Shown one piece after another: positions 10,409-22,332 of a DNA stretch of 64,000 nucleotides; positions within the stretch are counted from its first letter, which is position 1; the number at the start of each line of letters is the position of its first letter. The translations under genes and the position numbers were made by a program. The notes under the pieces were generated by a model that saw only the letters and a list, made by a program, of their open reading frames with translations, ran no database searches and had not been told where the DNA came from. Origin of the DNA: an uncultured beta proteobacterium (GTDB lineage Bacteria; Pseudomonadota; Gammaproteobacteria; Burkholderiales; Rhodocyclaceae); the NCBI GenBank assembly GCA_963727115.1, contig CAVSFS010000011.1, forward strand, positions 89,149 to 153,148, in the 5' to 3' direction.

Positions 10409-11563
10409 TCAGTTTATGAAATCGGGTTGGGCATCGCGAGCGGCCGTCGCCAGTGCTTCCTGGCGACTTTCGGCCTTTGCCCGGGCGTATTCGGCAAGGG
10501 ATTCGCGCAACAGTTCCATCCCCTCGCCTGACCGCGCACTGACACGAACGCGCGCGATATTACCATATTCGTCCCGCTCGACGCCGGCGGTCGCCTCGGT
10601 CAGGTCGATCTTGTTCCAGACGATGACCTGACGAAGCTCGCGGGCGCCAATTTCCTCGAGGACCTTGTTGACTTCGAATATCTGCTCGTCGCGGGCATGA
10701 CTGGCGCTATCCACCACATGCAGAAGCACGTCGGCATCGATGGCCGCCTCCAGCGTGGCATGAAAAGCATCGACCAGCGAATGTGGCAGAGCGCGGATAA
10801 AACCGACGGTATCGGAAATGACGATATTGCCGGCGCCTTCAATCCACAATTTGCGCGAGGTGGTATCCAGCGTCGCGAACAACTTGTTGGCGGCATAGAC
10901 GCCAGCGTGCGTCAGTGCGTTGAACAGGGTGGATTTTCCGGCATTGGTGTAGCCGACCAGCGAGACGTTGAGTACGTCGCCGCGCATCCGCGCCTTGCGC
11001 TGCACGCCGCGCTGGCGAGACAGTTTATCCAGCCGCTCCTTGAGCAGCTTGACACGATTGCCGAGCAAGCGGCGGTCGGTTTCCAGCTGCTTTTCGCCGG
11101 GACCGCGCATACCGATCCCGCCGCGCTGCCGCTCGAGGTGAGTCCAGCCGCGCACCAGGCGCGTCGACAGGTGTTCGAGTTGAGCGAGTTCGACCTGCAG
11201 CTTGCCCTCGGCGCTGGCCGCGCGCAGGGCAAAAATGTCGAGAATCAGGCTGGTGCGGTCGATCACGCGACATTTGAGCTCGCGTTCGAGATTGCGTTCC
11301 TGGGCCGGTGAGAGCTCGTGATTGAAGATCACCAGATCGGATTCGCCCGCCGCCAGCATGGCGGCGATTTCCTGCACCTTGCCCTTGCCGGCAAAGGTCT
11401 TCGGGTCAGGGCTGTGGCGCCGCCCGCCAACCTCGGCAACGACGACAGCGCCCGCCGACTCGGCGAGCAGGCGCACCTCTTCCAATTGATCCTCAAGATC
11501 TGGCTGACCGAAATCGAGCTGAACGATCACCGCGCGTTCACCAGCGGCGGGACGTTCAATCAT
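10409..11563 (-). CDS. hflX: GTPase HflX
   Basis: ORF 10409-11599, with a likely start at 11563 (MIERPAAGERAVIV). G-motifs are VGYTNAGKSTLFN and DTVGF, NKID. It sits immediately after hfq. Confidence 0.9.
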   Translation of the reverse strand: MIERPAAGERAVIVQLDFGQPDLEDQLEEVRLLAESAGAVVVAEVGGRRHSPDPKTFAGKGKVQEIAAMLAAGESDLVIFNHELSPAQERNLERELKCRVIDRTSLILDIFALRAASAEGKLQVELAQLEHLSTRLVRGWTHLERQRGGIGMRGPGEKQLETDRRLLGNRVKLLKERLDKLSRQRGVQRKARMRGDVLNVSLVGYTNAGKSTLFNALTHAGVYAANKLFATLDTTSRKLWIEGAGNIVISDTVGFIRALPHSLVDAFHATLEAAIDADVLLHVVDSASHARDEQIFEVNKVLEEIGARELRQVIVWNKIDLTEATAGVERDEYGNIARVRVSARSGEGMELLRESLAEYARAKAESRQEALATAARDAQPDFIN

Positions 11564-11623
11564 GGGCGTTTCCAGGAATGTGAAGCACCGGCCCGCCAAC
11601 CGGCCGGGCTGTTGAGCAGGGGC

Positions 11624-11863
11624 TTATTCGTCCGCCGCCTGTTCTTGCTGGAGGTTGACCGGGCGCGCCGGGACGACGGTCGAAATCGCGTGCTTGTATA
11701 CCATCTGGGTAACGGTGTTCTTCAACAGCACGACGTACTGATCGAAGGATTCAACCTGGCCCTGCAATTTGATCCCGTTCACCAGGTAGATCGAGACGGG
11801 AACGTGTTCACGGCGAAGAGCGTTGAGGAAGGGGTCTTGTAGCAATTGCCCTTTGTTGCTCAT
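11624..11863 (-). CDS. hfq: RNA chaperone Hfq
   Basis: 79 aa: [49 protein letters not shown]... This is the Sm1/Sm2 signature. Confidence 0.97.
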   Translation of the reverse strand: MSNKGQLLQDPFLNALRREHVPVSIYLVNGIKLQGQVESFDQYVVLLKNTVTQMVYKHAISTVVPARPVNLQQEQAADE

Positions 11864-11933
11864 GGTGGGGACTCCATGTGTGTTGTTATGAGTTGTCTAA
11901 TGTACCGAAAATTACCTCGGGACGCCAAGGTTT

Positions 11934-13265
11934 TTACTTTTTATCCTTGCCGGCAAAGGGATTCTTGCTGGTCACGAACTGGATGCGCAACGGCGTACCC
12001 TGAAGTTTGAACGCCTCGCGGAAAGTATTTTCGAGATAACGGCGGTAGCTGTCCGTAATATGATCGACCGCGTTGCCATGGACCACGATGATTGGCGGGT
12101 TTGATCCGCCCTGGTGGGCATAGCGCGGCTTGGGCCGGAAAACCCCGTGCTTGGGCGGCGCCTGCTTGGCCACCGCATCGATCAGAACGCGCGCCAGGCG
12201 CGGCGTGGACATCTTGGTCATGGCCGCCGCGAAGGCCGCGTCGACCGAGCGGAACAAGGCCTCGAGACCGATATTGTCGCGCGCGGAAATGAAGTGAAAT
12301 TTCGCGAAATCGAGGAATTTGAGCTTGCGTTGCAGGGTCAGGCGCGTCTGCTCACGGGTATAGGCATCGAGCCCGTCCCACTTGTTGACCGCAACCACCA
12401 GCGCGCGGCCGGATTGCACGATGAAATCGGCGATGTGCGCATCCTGCTCGGAAACATCGGCCTGCGCGTCGACCATCAGGATCACGACATTTGCATCCTC
12501 GATCGATTTCAGCGTCTTGACCACCGAGAATTTTTCGATCGATTCGAAGACCTTGCCGCGCTTGCGCATGCCGGCGGTATCGACGAGCACGTATTTCCTG
12601 CCGCCGCGCTCGAAATCGATTTCGATCGAATCGCGCGTCGTGCCCGGCGCATCGAAAGCAATGACGCGCTCCTCGCCGAGCAGCGTATTGATCAGCGTCG
12701 ATTTGCCGACGTTCGGGCGACCGACGATGGCAACCCGGACTGCATCGGATTTCTCCTCCTCTTCATCCGGCTCGGGGAAAGACGCCAGCGCCAAATCGAC
12801 CAGGCCGCGCACGCCTTCGCCATGGGCGGAGGATATTGCATTGGGTTCGCCAAGGCCGAGTTCATGGAAATCCGCTTCGACCATCCCGGAATTCATGCCT
12901 TCCGCCTTGTTGACCGCAACAAACACCGGCCGCTCCAGGCGGCGCAGCATGTTGGCGATTTCCTTGTCGTGCGGCGTCAGGCCGGAACGTCCATCGACGA
13001 CGAAGATGACGGCGTCGGCCTCGGCAATCGCCTGCTCGGTCTGGCGCGCCATTTCGTGCAGGATGCCGTCCTTGATCAGCGGCTCGAAACCACCCGTATC
13101 GACCACCAGATAAGGCTTGCTTCCCAGCCTGCCGTGGCCGTAATGGCGGTCGCGGGTCAGGCCGGGCAAGTCGGCGACGATGGCGTCACGCGACTTGGTC
13201 AAACGATTGAACAAAGTCGATTTGCCGACATTCGGCCGCCCGACCAGAACCAGGGTGGGTTTCAT
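11934..13265 (-). CDS. der: Ribosome-associated GTPase Der/EngA (double G domain)
   Basis: 443 aa with two P-loops ([12 protein letters not shown] and [12 protein letters not shown]) and a KH-like C-terminus. Confidence 0.95.
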   Translation of the reverse strand: MKPTLVLVGRPNVGKSTLFNRLTKSRDAIVADLPGLTRDRHYGHGRLGSKPYLVVDTGGFEPLIKDGILHEMARQTEQAIAEADAVIFVVDGRSGLTPHDKEIANMLRRLERPVFVAVNKAEGMNSGMVEADFHELGLGEPNAISSAHGEGVRGLVDLALASFPEPDEEEEKSDAVRVAIVGRPNVGKSTLINTLLGEERVIAFDAPGTTRDSIEIDFERGGRKYVLVDTAGMRKRGKVFESIEKFSVVKTLKSIEDANVVILMVDAQADVSEQDAHIADFIVQSGRALVVAVNKWDGLDAYTREQTRLTLQRKLKFLDFAKFHFISARDNIGLEALFRSVDAAFAAAMTKMSTPRLARVLIDAVAKQAPPKHGVFRPKPRYAHQGGSNPPIIVVHGNAVDHITDSYRRYLENTFREAFKLQGTPLRIQFVTSKNPFAGKDKK

Positions 13266-14425
13266 TGAGCCTCGATCGCGACGACGCTGCCGCCGGTGGT
13301 CTGCACCAGGAAGCCCGAACCCATCGCCTGAACCGGCGTGCGCACCCGCGTGCCGTCGATTTTCTGGCGCGCCACGAAACTGCCATCCTCACGCGACAGG
13401 AAATGGACGATGCCCTCGCCATCGGCCACGGCAACCACGCCACGCTGGACAGCCGGGCCCGAAACGCGGCGATTGAGCAGCTTGTCCTGCTTCCACAGGC
13501 TGGCGCCCGAATTGCGATCCAGTGCATGTACGGCGCCGCGGTCATCGGTCACGAACAGGAAACGGTTGTCGAGGGCCAGCCCCGCCGCCGAGGAGAAATC
13601 ACGGCCCCAGAGCAGCGTACCGCCCTGCGCCATGTCGAAACAGGCGATCCGTCCCTGGAAAGCCACCGCGCAAATCATCCGTCCGTCGATCACCGGCACG
13701 GTAACGATATCGGCCACGCGATCCAGTTCGGTGGCGCCCTTGGGCGAGGCCACCGGGCCTTCCCAGACCGGCGCGCCATTCTGCAACGCGAGGGCAACCA
13801 GCTTGCCGCCCGGGAAGCCGATGAAGACGAAGCGATCGGCAAATACCGGCGGCGCCGCGCTGCGCAGTGCCAACGGCGGCGTCGAGCGCTGATAGATCCA
13901 CTTGCGACCGCCGTCGCCGGCATCGAGCAGCACCACGCGATTGTCGCCGCTCTTGACGGCGACGCCTTCGGGACCAACCGCCGGCGCCGCCAGCACTTCG
14001 CTCGTCACCTTGGCTGTCCAGCGTGGCTGGCCATCGTCGGCGGAGAACGCCAGGACATCGCCCTTGGCGGTGGCAACGACGACCAGCCGCGAATCGGCGC
14101 CGACGCCCGCCGAAAGTTCCTGATCCGCCTTGATCGACCACTCCGTGCGCCCGTTGACCAGCTTGCTGACCGTACCGTTGCGAGCGGCGACATAGACCGC
14201 ATTGCCGACTACGGCTGGCGTGAACGTGTAATCGCCGGCCTTGCCGATGCTGGCCGACCACCGGTCGCGAACATTGACGGTCGTTTCGAATGGGGTTAAC
14301 GGCGCCATCTTCGGGCCTGACGAGGTAAACGGATTGACCGAGTCGATGGCATCCGAGAACGTCGAGCAACCGGCAACGAGAAGGCTGGCCGTCGCCAGCA
14401 ACGGGAGCAGGCGGCGCGCCATCAT
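13262..14425 (-). CDS. bamB: Outer-membrane assembly lipoprotein BamB (PQQ-like beta-propeller)
   Basis: 387 aa with a lipobox (LLVAGCS), repeated propeller blades, and the conserved position between the yfgM-like gene and der. Confidence 0.85.
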   Translation of the reverse strand: MMARRLLPLLATASLLVAGCSTFSDAIDSVNPFTSSGPKMAPLTPFETTVNVRDRWSASIGKAGDYTFTPAVVGNAVYVAARNGTVSKLVNGRTEWSIKADQELSAGVGADSRLVVVATAKGDVLAFSADDGQPRWTAKVTSEVLAAPAVGPEGVAVKSGDNRVVLLDAGDGGRKWIYQRSTPPLALRSAAPPVFADRFVFIGFPGGKLVALALQNGAPVWEGPVASPKGATELDRVADIVTVPVIDGRMICAVAFQGRIACFDMAQGGTLLWGRDFSSAAGLALDNRFLFVTDDRGAVHALDRNSGASLWKQDKLLNRRVSGPAVQRGVVAVADGEGIVHFLSREDGSFVARQKIDGTRVRTPVQAMGSGFLVQTTGGSVVAIEAQ

Positions 14426-15069
14426 GCGGCCTCGCCGAGGTTGTCGAGTTTCTGCTGCAGCAGTTCGCGACCGACGCCGCCCTTGCCTTCGCGAACCTCG
14501 CCCTTGTCCAGCGCGGCCTTGTAGGCAGTGCGCGCCTCGGGTTTCTTGTCCTGGGCCGCCAGCACGTCGCCCTTGAGTTCGAGGAAGCGCCCGGCGAAGG
14601 CCGCGGCAGGCGCGGCATCCAGTTGTTTCAGGGCTTCGTCGTAGGCCTTTTCGTCGAGCAGCACCGAGGCCAGCCGCAGGCGGGCCAGGTCCTTGATCTC
14701 GTCCTTGCCATTGTCGGCAACCCAGGTGAGCTGGGCCTTGGCCGTCTTCAGGTCGCCCGCCTCGAAGGACTGGCGGGCGGCAACGAGAGCGCCCAGCGAC
14801 GCGTAGCTGGTACCGCTGAATTTTTCGGCCAGCTCGCCGGCCGCCGCCTTGATCTTCTGCGCATCACGCATCGCGACCGCCTGTTCCAGCACGCCGTAGA
14901 TGGCCGACGCCTGGGCCGACTGGCTGCGCTGATGCCAGTTCCAGCCCTGCCAGCCGATCACCGCCAGCGAACCGGCGAGCATCACGCCGCTCACCAGGTT
15001 GCCGTACATTTTCCACCAGGTCTTGATGGAGGCTATCTGTTCCTGTTCCTCGAGGTCGTAGTGAGCCAT
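14422..15069 (-). CDS. YfgM-like membrane-anchored TPR protein
   Basis: 215 aa with an N-terminal transmembrane helix after IKTWWKMYGN and a TPR-like remainder. It sits between hisS and bamB as in many proteobacteria. Confidence 0.7.
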   Translation of the reverse strand: MAHYDLEEQEQIASIKTWWKMYGNLVSGVMLAGSLAVIGWQGWNWHQRSQSAQASAIYGVLEQAVAMRDAQKIKAAAGELAEKFSGTSYASLGALVAARQSFEAGDLKTAKAQLTWVADNGKDEIKDLARLRLASVLLDEKAYDEALKQLDAAPAAAFAGRFLELKGDVLAAQDKKPEARTAYKAALDKGEVREGKGGVGRELLQQKLDNLGEAA

Positions 15070-15073
15070 GCGC

Positions 15074-16363
15074 TTATTCCTCTTCGTCCGAATCGATCAA
15101 TTGTCCGATGATGGCTTCCGCCAGATCATCCACTTTCAGTTTCAACTGCGCCGCGCCTTCTTCGCGCAACGGCTTGAGCTGCACTTCCCCGGTCGCCGCT
15201 TCGTCATCGCCGATAATGACGGCAAAGGTCGCGCCGCTGCCGTCGGCCTTCTTCATCTGCGACTTGAAACTGCCGCCGCCGCAATGCAGCAGCACATCTA
15301 TGCCCTGGTCGCGCAGGCCTTCGGCGACGCGGAAAGCCAGGCGCGAGGCGGCGTCGCCCTGATGCACCAGATAGACATCCGGCGCCGGGCCGGCCGGTTC
15401 GCCGCCGGCGTCCTTGATCAGCGCGATCAGGCGCTCGATACCCATGGCGAAGCCGCAGGCCGGCGCCGGCTTGCCGCCGAGCTGGCCGACCAGCCCGTCG
15501 AAACGCCCGCCGGCGCAGACCGTGCCCTGCGCGCCGAGGCGGTCGGTAACCCACTCGAACACCGTCAGGTTGTAATAATCCAGGCCGCGCACCAGGCGCG
15601 GATTGATCTTGTAAGGCAGGCCGGCATCGCGCAGGACGCGCTGCACGCCTTCGAAATGAAGCAGCGACTCGGCGCCGAGGAAATCGATCAGCTTGGGCGC
15701 GGCGCCGCACAGGTCCTGCAGCGCCGGATTCTTGGTATCGAGAATGCGCAGCGGGTTGGTGTAAAGACGGCGCTTGGCGTCTTCGTCGAGCAGCTCGGCG
15801 TTTTCCTCGAAATAGGCGACCAGCGCGGCACGGTGCTGGGCGCGCTCTTCCGGCTGGCCGAGGCTGTTGATCTGCAGCTCGATGCCGTCCAGCCCAAGGT
15901 CGGCCCACAGACGCGCGCCCATCAGGATCATTTCGGCATCGATGTCCGGCCCGGCATAGCCGAGCGCCTCGACGCCAACCTGATGAAACTGGCGATAACG
16001 GCCCTTCTGCGGCCGTTCGTGACGGAACATCTGGCCGATGTAGTAGAGCCGTGCCGGCTGGCGGGCAATCAGGTTGTGCTCGATGACGGCGCGCACGCAA
16101 CCGGCAGTGCCTTCCGGGCGCAGGGTCAGCGCTTCACCGTTGAGGCTGTCGATGAAGGAATACATTTCCTTCTCGACGATGTCGGTGACCTCGCCAATGG
16201 CGCGCTTGAAGAGCGGCGTCGGTTCGACGATGGGCAGGCGAATCGGCCGATAGCCGTAACTCTTCAGCCACGAGCGGATGGTCTCCTCGAACAGTTCCCA
16301 GAATTCGGCTTCGTCGGGCAGGATGTCGTTCATCCCGCGCACGGCTTGCAGCGTTTGACTCAT
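15074..16363 (-). CDS. hisS: Histidine--tRNA ligase
   Basis: 429 aa with class II aaRS motifs ([25 protein letters not shown]) and a C-terminal anticodon-binding domain. Confidence 0.95.
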   Translation of the reverse strand: MSQTLQAVRGMNDILPDEAEFWELFEETIRSWLKSYGYRPIRLPIVEPTPLFKRAIGEVTDIVEKEMYSFIDSLNGEALTLRPEGTAGCVRAVIEHNLIARQPARLYYIGQMFRHERPQKGRYRQFHQVGVEALGYAGPDIDAEMILMGARLWADLGLDGIELQINSLGQPEERAQHRAALVAYFEENAELLDEDAKRRLYTNPLRILDTKNPALQDLCGAAPKLIDFLGAESLLHFEGVQRVLRDAGLPYKINPRLVRGLDYYNLTVFEWVTDRLGAQGTVCAGGRFDGLVGQLGGKPAPACGFAMGIERLIALIKDAGGEPAGPAPDVYLVHQGDAASRLAFRVAEGLRDQGIDVLLHCGGGSFKSQMKKADGSGATFAVIIGDDEAATGEVQLKPLREEGAAQLKLKVDDLAEAIIGQLIDSDEEE

Positions 16364-17590
16364 GACTTCAGTTTCTTGACATAGGTGCGCTGAACATAGC
16401 GCTCGATGATCTGCTTGAATTCGGCGGCGATGTGGTCACCCTTCAGCGTGACGGTCTTCTGGCCATCCTCGAAAACCGGCGCGGAAGGCGCTTCACCGGT
16501 GCCGGGCAGGGAAATGCCGATGTTGGCATGCTTCGATTCGCCGGGACCATTGACGATGCAGCCCATGACGGCCAGCGTCATGTTCTCGGCGCCGTCATGG
16601 TGGAGCTTCCATTCCGGCATCCTGGCGCGCACGAAATCCTGCACCTCGCCGGCCAGTTCCTGGAACAGGGTGCTGGTCGTCCGGCCGCAACCCGGGCAGG
16701 CCGCGACCATCGGCGTGAAGGCGCGCAAGCCCATGGTCTGCAGGATTTCCTGGGCGACGATGACTTCCTGGCTGCGCGAACCGCCCGGTTCCGGCGTCAG
16801 CGAAATGCGGATGGTGTCGCCGATGCCTTCCTGCAGCAGAACGGAGAGTGCCGCGGTCGACGCGACAATTCCCTTGGATCCCATGCCGGCCTCAGTCAGC
16901 CCGAGGTGCAGCGCGTAATCGGCGCGCTTCGACAACTCGCGGTAGATGGCGATCAGGTCCTGCACGCTCGACACCTTGCAGGAAAGAATGATCTTCTCGC
17001 CAGCCAGGCCGACTTCCTCTGCCTTGGCGGCGGACTCCAGCGCCGAAGTCACCATCGCGTGGCGCATGATCGCGGTCGCATCGAGCGGCTCGGCACGCTT
17101 GCTGTTCTCGTCCATGACGCGAGCCAGCAGGTTCTGGTCGAGGCTGCCCCAGTTCGACGCCGATGCGCACCGGCTTGTCGTACTTGCAGGCGAGCTCGAC
17201 CATCTGCGCGAACTGTTCGTCCTTCTTCCTGCCGAAACCGACGTTGCCCGGATTGATCCGGTACTTGGCCAGCGCCTCGGCGCAAGCCGGGTTATCGGTC
17301 AGCAGGCGATGGCCGTTGTAGTGGAAATCGCCGATCAGCGGCACGTTGCAGTTCATGCGGTCGAGATGCTCGCGAATTTTCGGCACGGCGGCGGCAGCTT
17401 CCGGCGTATTCACCGTAATGCGCACCAGTTCGGAGCCGGCGCGCGCCAGCTCGGCGGTTTGCAAGGCCGTGGCCAGGTAATCGGCGGTATCGGTATTGGT
17501 CATCGACTGGACGACGACCGGGGCGCTGCCGCCAATCTTTACATGGCCGATCAGGCAACTGCGCGTCAGGCGCTTGGCAACTGCACTCAA
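16360..17590 (-). CDS. ispG: 4-hydroxy-3-methylbut-2-enyl diphosphate synthase IspG, with an apparent 1-nt insertion frameshift near 17155
   Basis: The N-terminal part lies in the frame of ORF 16892-17746 (TTG start at 17590: [34 protein letters not shown]...KPVRIGV). The C-terminal part lies in ORF 16360-17115 ([20 protein letters not shown]...CPGCGRT). Reading ggcgtc-g-aactggggc shows one extra base. Confidence 0.85.
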
Positions 17591-17594
17591 CGAC

Positions 17595-18506
17595 TTACTC
17601 CAGGACGAGGCGGGCGACTTCGCCCTTGGTATGCGGCGCCAGATCGATCGCCTGGCCGCGCCAGAACAACTTGACGCCCGGCGCATAGCCGATGACCAGC
17701 GACAGCGGACCCTGCCCGCTGACGCCCTGCTCGGAACCGGCCGCACCGCGCTGCGAGAAAATCACCTTGTTGTCGCGGTCGCGCACTTCGACCCAGGATT
17801 CTCCGCTGAAGACAAAGCGCAACTGCTCATTGCCCGCCACCGCAGCCGCGGCGCCAGGGGCGGGCGCGGAAAGCTGGGCGGGCGCCATCTCGGCCGAAGC
17901 CTGGGCCTGCGGATTCATGACCTGTTGCTGCGTCGCACCGGGCGGGAATACCGGCTCGCTGGCCGCCGCCGGCGCTGATACAGGCGTACTCGCGGCCGGC
18001 ACCGGCGCCGATTCCTTGCGCGAAAGCGAATCGATCAGCCCCTGGGCGCGCTCGCGCAGCGCCGAAAGGTCGTTGGGCAACAGCACGTAGGCCAACCCGG
18101 CGAGCACCAGAAGAACGAGGCCGGCGAAAACCATCGTCCGGTCGCGGCGCGGCTGGGTTCTCGGCATCGCAGCCATCCTGGTAGCCGACACGTTCAGGCT
18201 GTCGGCAGGCTTGTCGAGCGTCGCATCGAGATGGTCCATCAGCGGCGCCGGGTCAATCTGCAACATACGGGCATAGTTGCGCACGAAACCGCGAACGAAA
18301 GTCTGCCCGGGCAAGCCTTGCCAATCGCCATTCTCGAGCGCTTCGACCTGGCGCGGGCCAAGCTTGAGGATTTGCGCGACATCGCTCACGCTCAGCGAGC
18401 GCATCTCGCGAGCCAGACGCAGACGGGCGCCGACTCCCGGAACCGGTCCGCTACCGACCTCCGCTGTCGGTGCGAGCTGCTGATCCGGACGCTCTGACTC
18501 GGTCAT
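17595..18506 (-). CDS. rodZ: RodZ-like cytoskeleton protein (XRE-type HTH, transmembrane helix, DUF4115-like C-terminus)
   Basis: 303 aa. HTH segment [26 protein letters not shown], a central transmembrane helix and a Pro/Ala-rich linker. Conserved position upstream of ispG. Confidence 0.75.
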   Translation of the reverse strand: MTESERPDQQLAPTAEVGSGPVPGVGARLRLAREMRSLSVSDVAQILKLGPRQVEALENGDWQGLPGQTFVRGFVRNYARMLQIDPAPLMDHLDATLDKPADSLNVSATRMAAMPRTQPRRDRTMVFAGLVLLVLAGLAYVLLPNDLSALRERAQGLIDSLSRKESAPVPAASTPVSAPAAASEPVFPPGATQQQVMNPQAQASAEMAPAQLSAPAPGAAAAVAGNEQLRFVFSGESWVEVRDRDNKVIFSQRGAAGSEQGVSGQGPLSLVIGYAPGVKLFWRGQAIDLAPHTKGEVARLVLE

Positions 18507-19360
18507 TCAAAATTCCCCCTGAGGAACGACTGGTATTCCTTCGACGTCGGATAGCGGCTGCGCAACTGCGATGCGTAGCTGCCTTCGCCCGCCTTGTTGC
18601 CCAGCTTGCGCTCGAGCCGGACGCCAAGCCAGAGCGCCTCGGGCGTGGGGGGCTCCATCGCCTTGACCGCCTCATTCAGGTAGATCTTGGACTCGTCGAG
18701 ATTCCCGCGCAGGTAGAAGACATTGGCCAACTGGTAGCGCGTTTCCGGGGCCGAATTCTTCGACAGGCGCAGTGACTGCAGCAAATATTCCTGCGCGCCA
18801 TCCATGTCGCCGGCCTTCAGCGCACACTTGCCGGCGTTGGCATAGGCCACTTCGGGCGTTTCGTAGAGCGGATCCTTCACCGCATTCAGGAAATACTGGA
18901 TCGCCTGCCGAGGTTGACCGGTCTCACAGAGGAACCAGCCATAGTTGTTATTGACGTCCGGATTCTTCGGGGCAATCTTGAGCGCCCGCTGGAAATCTTC
19001 GTCGGCCTTGACGTTTTCCTTGAGCTGAGTGCGGATCAGGCCGCGAACGCTATACGCCTGAACGTAGTCAGGGTCCGCTTCGAGCGCAATGCGCACCTCT
19101 TCGAGCGCCACCGCCATGCTGCCGGCCTGGTAATAGGCGGCGGCCAGTTCGGTATGAATTTTCGCGCGGTACTTCGGATCAGCCGGCTTGGCCTGGGGCG
19201 CATTGGACTCCGGGACAAGGGTCGTGGTCGGACCCTGGCCCTGGCCCTGGCTCGGCATTTCCTTGACCCACTCCAAATTCTGCTGTGCGTACGCGGACAG
19301 GGCGAAGCACGCGCCCAGGCATGCCACCACGATCCGGTTCTTTATCATCAAGCCAATCAT
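18503..19360 (-). CDS. pilW: Type IV pilus biogenesis/stability TPR lipoprotein PilW (PilF-like)
   Basis: 285 aa with a signal/lipobox region ([15 protein letters not shown]) and TPR repeats. It lies between rlmN and rodZ. Confidence 0.7.
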   Translation of the reverse strand: MIGLMIKNRIVVACLGACFALSAYAQQNLEWVKEMPSQGQGQGPTTTLVPESNAPQAKPADPKYRAKIHTELAAAYYQAGSMAVALEEVRIALEADPDYVQAYSVRGLIRTQLKENVKADEDFQRALKIAPKNPDVNNNYGWFLCETGQPRQAIQYFLNAVKDPLYETPEVAYANAGKCALKAGDMDGAQEYLLQSLRLSKNSAPETRYQLANVFYLRGNLDESKIYLNEAVKAMEPPTPEALWLGVRLERKLGNKAGEGSYASQLRSRYPTSKEYQSFLRGNFE

Positions 19361-20451
19361 GGCCTAGCCTCCTGAAGGGGAATAACCCGCCCGGCTGTAC
19401 GCCGGGTCTTGTCCTGCACCTGCCCGGCCAGTTGGCCGCAGGCAGCATCGATGTCGTCGCCGCGCGTCTTGCGCGTCGTGGTGATGACGCCCGCCGCCAT
19501 CAGAATATCGGCGAAACGCCGCACCCGCTCGGCCGGCGAACGCTTGAACGGCGAACCCGGGAAGGGATTGAAGGGGATCAGGTTGAATTTACAGTACACC
19601 GTTTTGACCAGCGCCAGCAATTCGCGGGCGTGGGCATCTGAATCGTTGATGCCGTCGAGCATGATGTACTCGAAGGTAATGAAATCGCGCGGCGCCTTTT
19701 CCAGATAACGCCGGCAGGCAGCCATCAGCTCCTTGAGCGGATATTTCTGGTTGATCGGCACCAGTTGGTCGCGCAACTTGTCGTTCGGCGCATGCAGCGA
19801 CACCGCCAGGGCCACCGGGCATTCGTCGCGCAGGCGATCCATGACCGGCACCAGGCCGGAAGTCGAAACCGTGACGCGGCGGCGCGACAGGCCGTAGGCG
19901 TTGTCGTCGAGCATCAGGCGCAAGGCGGTGATCGTGTTCTCGAAATTGGCGAGCGGTTCGCCCATGCCCATCAGCACGACGTTGGAAATGACCCGTTCGT
20001 CGCCGTGGACCGCACCCAGCGCCTTGTTGGCCAGCCACACCTGGCCGATGATTTCCGCCACTGTCAGGTTGCGGTTGAAACCCTGCTTGCCGGTCGAACA
20101 GAAGGCGCAATCGAGCGCGCAGCCGGCCTGCGTGGACACGCATAGCGTGCCTCTATCGTCTTCGGGAATGAACACCGTTTCGACGGCATTGCCGTTGCCG
20201 ACGTCGATCAGGAACTTGCGCGTGCCGTCGTCCGACAGCTTGTCGGAAACGACCGTCGGCGGCGCGACGACCGCCTTCGCCTTGAGCTTCTCGCGGAGGC
20301 TCTTGGCGATGTCGGTCATGGCATCGAAATCCGCCACGCCGGAACGATGGATCCAGCGCAGCACCTGCTTGGCGCGGAAGGGCTTTTCGCCCTGTTCCGC
20401 GAACCAGGCGGTCAGCCCTTCAGCATCGAAATCCAGCAGATTGACGGTCAT
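19357..20451 (-). CDS. rlmN: Dual-specificity RNA methyltransferase RlmN (radical SAM)
   Basis: 364 aa with the CxxxCxxC radical SAM motif ([12 protein letters not shown]) and a C-terminal catalytic Cys region (DIDAACGQL). Confidence 0.93.
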   Translation of the reverse strand: MTVNLLDFDAEGLTAWFAEQGEKPFRAKQVLRWIHRSGVADFDAMTDIAKSLREKLKAKAVVAPPTVVSDKLSDDGTRKFLIDVGNGNAVETVFIPEDDRGTLCVSTQAGCALDCAFCSTGKQGFNRNLTVAEIIGQVWLANKALGAVHGDERVISNVVLMGMGEPLANFENTITALRLMLDDNAYGLSRRRVTVSTSGLVPVMDRLRDECPVALAVSLHAPNDKLRDQLVPINQKYPLKELMAACRRYLEKAPRDFITFEYIMLDGINDSDAHARELLALVKTVYCKFNLIPFNPFPGSPFKRSPAERVRRFADILMAAGVITTTRKTRGDDIDAACGQLAGQVQDKTRRTAGRVIPLQEARP

Positions 20452-20461
20452 GCGGCGTGGA

Positions 20462-20890
20462 TCAGCGGCCGGAATAAACGTTCATGCCGGGGAAAAAGAA
20501 CGAAATCTCCACGGCAGCGGTTTCCGGGGCATCGGAGCCGTGCACGGCGTTGGCGTCGATCGATTCGGCGAAATCGGCGCGGATGGTGCCGGCGTCAGCC
20601 TTTTTCGGATCGGTGGCGCCCATCAGTTCGCGGTTCTTGGCGATCGCGCTTTCGCCTTCCAGCACCTGGATCATCACCGGGCCGGAGATCATGAAGGAGA
20701 CCAGATCCTTGAAGAAAGGACGCTCTTTATGGACACCGTAGAACTGGCCGGCTTCCTGCGGCGACAGCCAGGCCATCTTGGAAGCGATGACCTTGAGGCC
20801 ATTCGATTCGAAACGGGAATAGATCTTGCCGATGACGTTCTTGGCGACGGCGTCGGGTTTGATGATGGAGAGAGTGCGTTCGATAGCCAT
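20462..20890 (-). CDS. ndk: Nucleoside diphosphate kinase
   Basis: 142 aa: [15 protein letters not shown]...NAVHGSDA, with the active-site His motif. Confidence 0.96.
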   Translation of the reverse strand: MAIERTLSIIKPDAVAKNVIGKIYSRFESNGLKVIASKMAWLSPQEAGQFYGVHKERPFFKDLVSFMISGPVMIQVLEGESAIAKNRELMGATDPKKADAGTIRADFAESIDANAVHGSDAPETAAVEISFFFPGMNVYSGR

Positions 20891-20961
20891 TTGATTGCTC
20901 CGCAGTGCTAGTCAGTTGAAAAACGGGCAATTTTAGCAGATATGGGCCGAACGCGCCCCGC

Positions 20962-21660
20962 TCAACGTGGCGAGTTTTCGACCGGCGCCGCGAGCAGCGG
21001 GTCGCGCAGGCGGGCAAATTGTTGCGGCGCAACGTATTGCAGCAATTCCTTGCCATCCTTGTCGACCACGACATCCAGCCCCAGCTTCGGGTAGAGCAGA
21101 TGGGTCCGCTTGTCGGAAACGACGATGCGCTCGCCCGGCTCGCCGAAGCGCTGCACAACCGTCGCCTCGTCCAGATTCACCGTCGGAATCACGCTGATGG
21201 CGCGAATCGGCAGCCGGTCGGCGGCCGCCAGATCATCCGGATGCAGCGTGATGCGGCGCGTCGTGCTCTCCATGTGCTTCGCCTTCACGGCGCGCTCGCG
21301 CATCGCGGAAATCGCCTCATCCGGCACGTCAACCGTGACAATCATTTTCGCCAGCACGAAACCGAGCGGCAACTGCGCGTAATAGCCTTCCAGCGATCCG
21401 ATCTCGTTCGGCTCGGCGATGATCGCCACCTCGATCTCATCGCCGAGGCGCCGGCGGACGTCGCCCAGCGTGCTGACGCCGGGCTTCAGACCGAAGACGC
21501 TGCTGCCGCCCTGCCCGTCCACGGTGATCTGCCACGGCAGGTTGCTGTTCGGATCGACGCCCTCCTGCTTGCCGGAGCCGGGGATGAAGAAGGGCACGAT
21601 CAGCGCGAGCAGGACGAGGGCAATCAGCGAGAGGGCGAATTTCATGGGTTTCTGCGGCAA
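20962..21660 (-). CDS. Hypothetical exported/membrane-anchored protein
   Basis: 232-aa ORF with an N-terminal hydrophobic segment (KFALSLIALVLLALIVPFFIPG). I recognise no motif. Confidence 0.5.
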   Translation of the reverse strand: MPQKPMKFALSLIALVLLALIVPFFIPGSGKQEGVDPNSNLPWQITVDGQGGSSVFGLKPGVSTLGDVRRRLGDEIEVAIIAEPNEIGSLEGYYAQLPLGFVLAKMIVTVDVPDEAISAMRERAVKAKHMESTTRRITLHPDDLAAADRLPIRAISVIPTVNLDEATVVQRFGEPGERIVVSDKRTHLLYPKLGLDVVVDKDGKELLQYVAPQQFARLRDPLLAAPVENSPR

Positions 21661-21703
21661 ACGAGGAAGGCGGATTGTGCCACAGGGAAAGCCGACAACC
21701 CGG

Positions 21704-21925
21704 CTACAGCCTGTCTTTCCAATAGCCCGGCTCGCGGCTCAGGAGGCGCTCGAAAACTGCCTCGCCGGGTACTGCCACCACCTCGCCGCTGCGCAGTTCA
21801 GCCAGACGACGGCGGGCAACAGTCAGCCACGCCCTGTCATTCTCGGCAGACGTTGGCGTCAATGTCTGCCGAGTGGTGTCGACCGCCGGAGCGAGGCACT
21901 TCGTTTGTTGGCTCATTCGATTCAC
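21704..21925 (-). CDS. Small protein resembling the 'putative addiction module component' antitoxin family (Unstab_antitox-like C-terminal half)
   Basis: 73 aa. The segment AWLTVARRRLAELRSGEVVAVPGEAVFERL matches my memory of the W..E..RR..E..sG motif of that family. The GTG start overlaps the higA stop (GTGA); an alternative ATG lies at 21916. Confidence 0.45.
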   Translation of the reverse strand: MNRMSQQTKCLAPAVDTTRQTLTPTSAENDRAWLTVARRRLAELRSGEVVAVPGEAVFERLLSREPGYWKDRL

Positions 21926-22332
21926 CCCGCAAAAACCTCCATCGGCACCGCAAACCGCTTGGCCAGCGCGCTGGCTTGGCGCAGGTTGATACTGCGTTTG
22001 CCGGAGAGGATTTCGGAAACTACCGACTGCGTTCCGACTTCAGGCAAGTCCTTCTGGTTCAGGCCGTGGCTTTCCATCAGGAAGGCCAGGCAACCGGCCG
22101 GGGTGGCGCTATCCGGCCAGGGATGTTGCCGATCCTCGTATTCGCGAATCCGCTCGGCGACCAAACTCACCAAGGTAAAAATCGGGTGTTGATCGTCATG
22201 GCCGAATTTCTCGAACACCTCATCGACAAAGGCCAGAAGCTCGGCGTAATGCGCGTCGTCGCGCACCGGACCAGACAAGCCGAGCGCTGTGTTGATGGTT
22301 TCCCAGGAAGTCAGCAGTTCGTTCACGCTCAT
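21922..22332 (-). CDS. higA: HigA-family antitoxin (C-terminal XRE-type HTH)
   Basis: ORF 21922-22383 trimmed to ATG 22332, which overlaps the higB stop (ATGA). HTH segment: LNQKDLPEVGTQSVVSEILSGKRSINLRQASALAKRF. Confidence 0.75.
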   Translation of the reverse strand: MSVNELLTSWETINTALGLSGPVRDDAHYAELLAFVDEVFEKFGHDDQHPIFTLVSLVAERIREYEDRQHPWPDSATPAGCLAFLMESHGLNQKDLPEVGTQSVVSEILSGKRSINLRQASALAKRFAVPMEVFAG

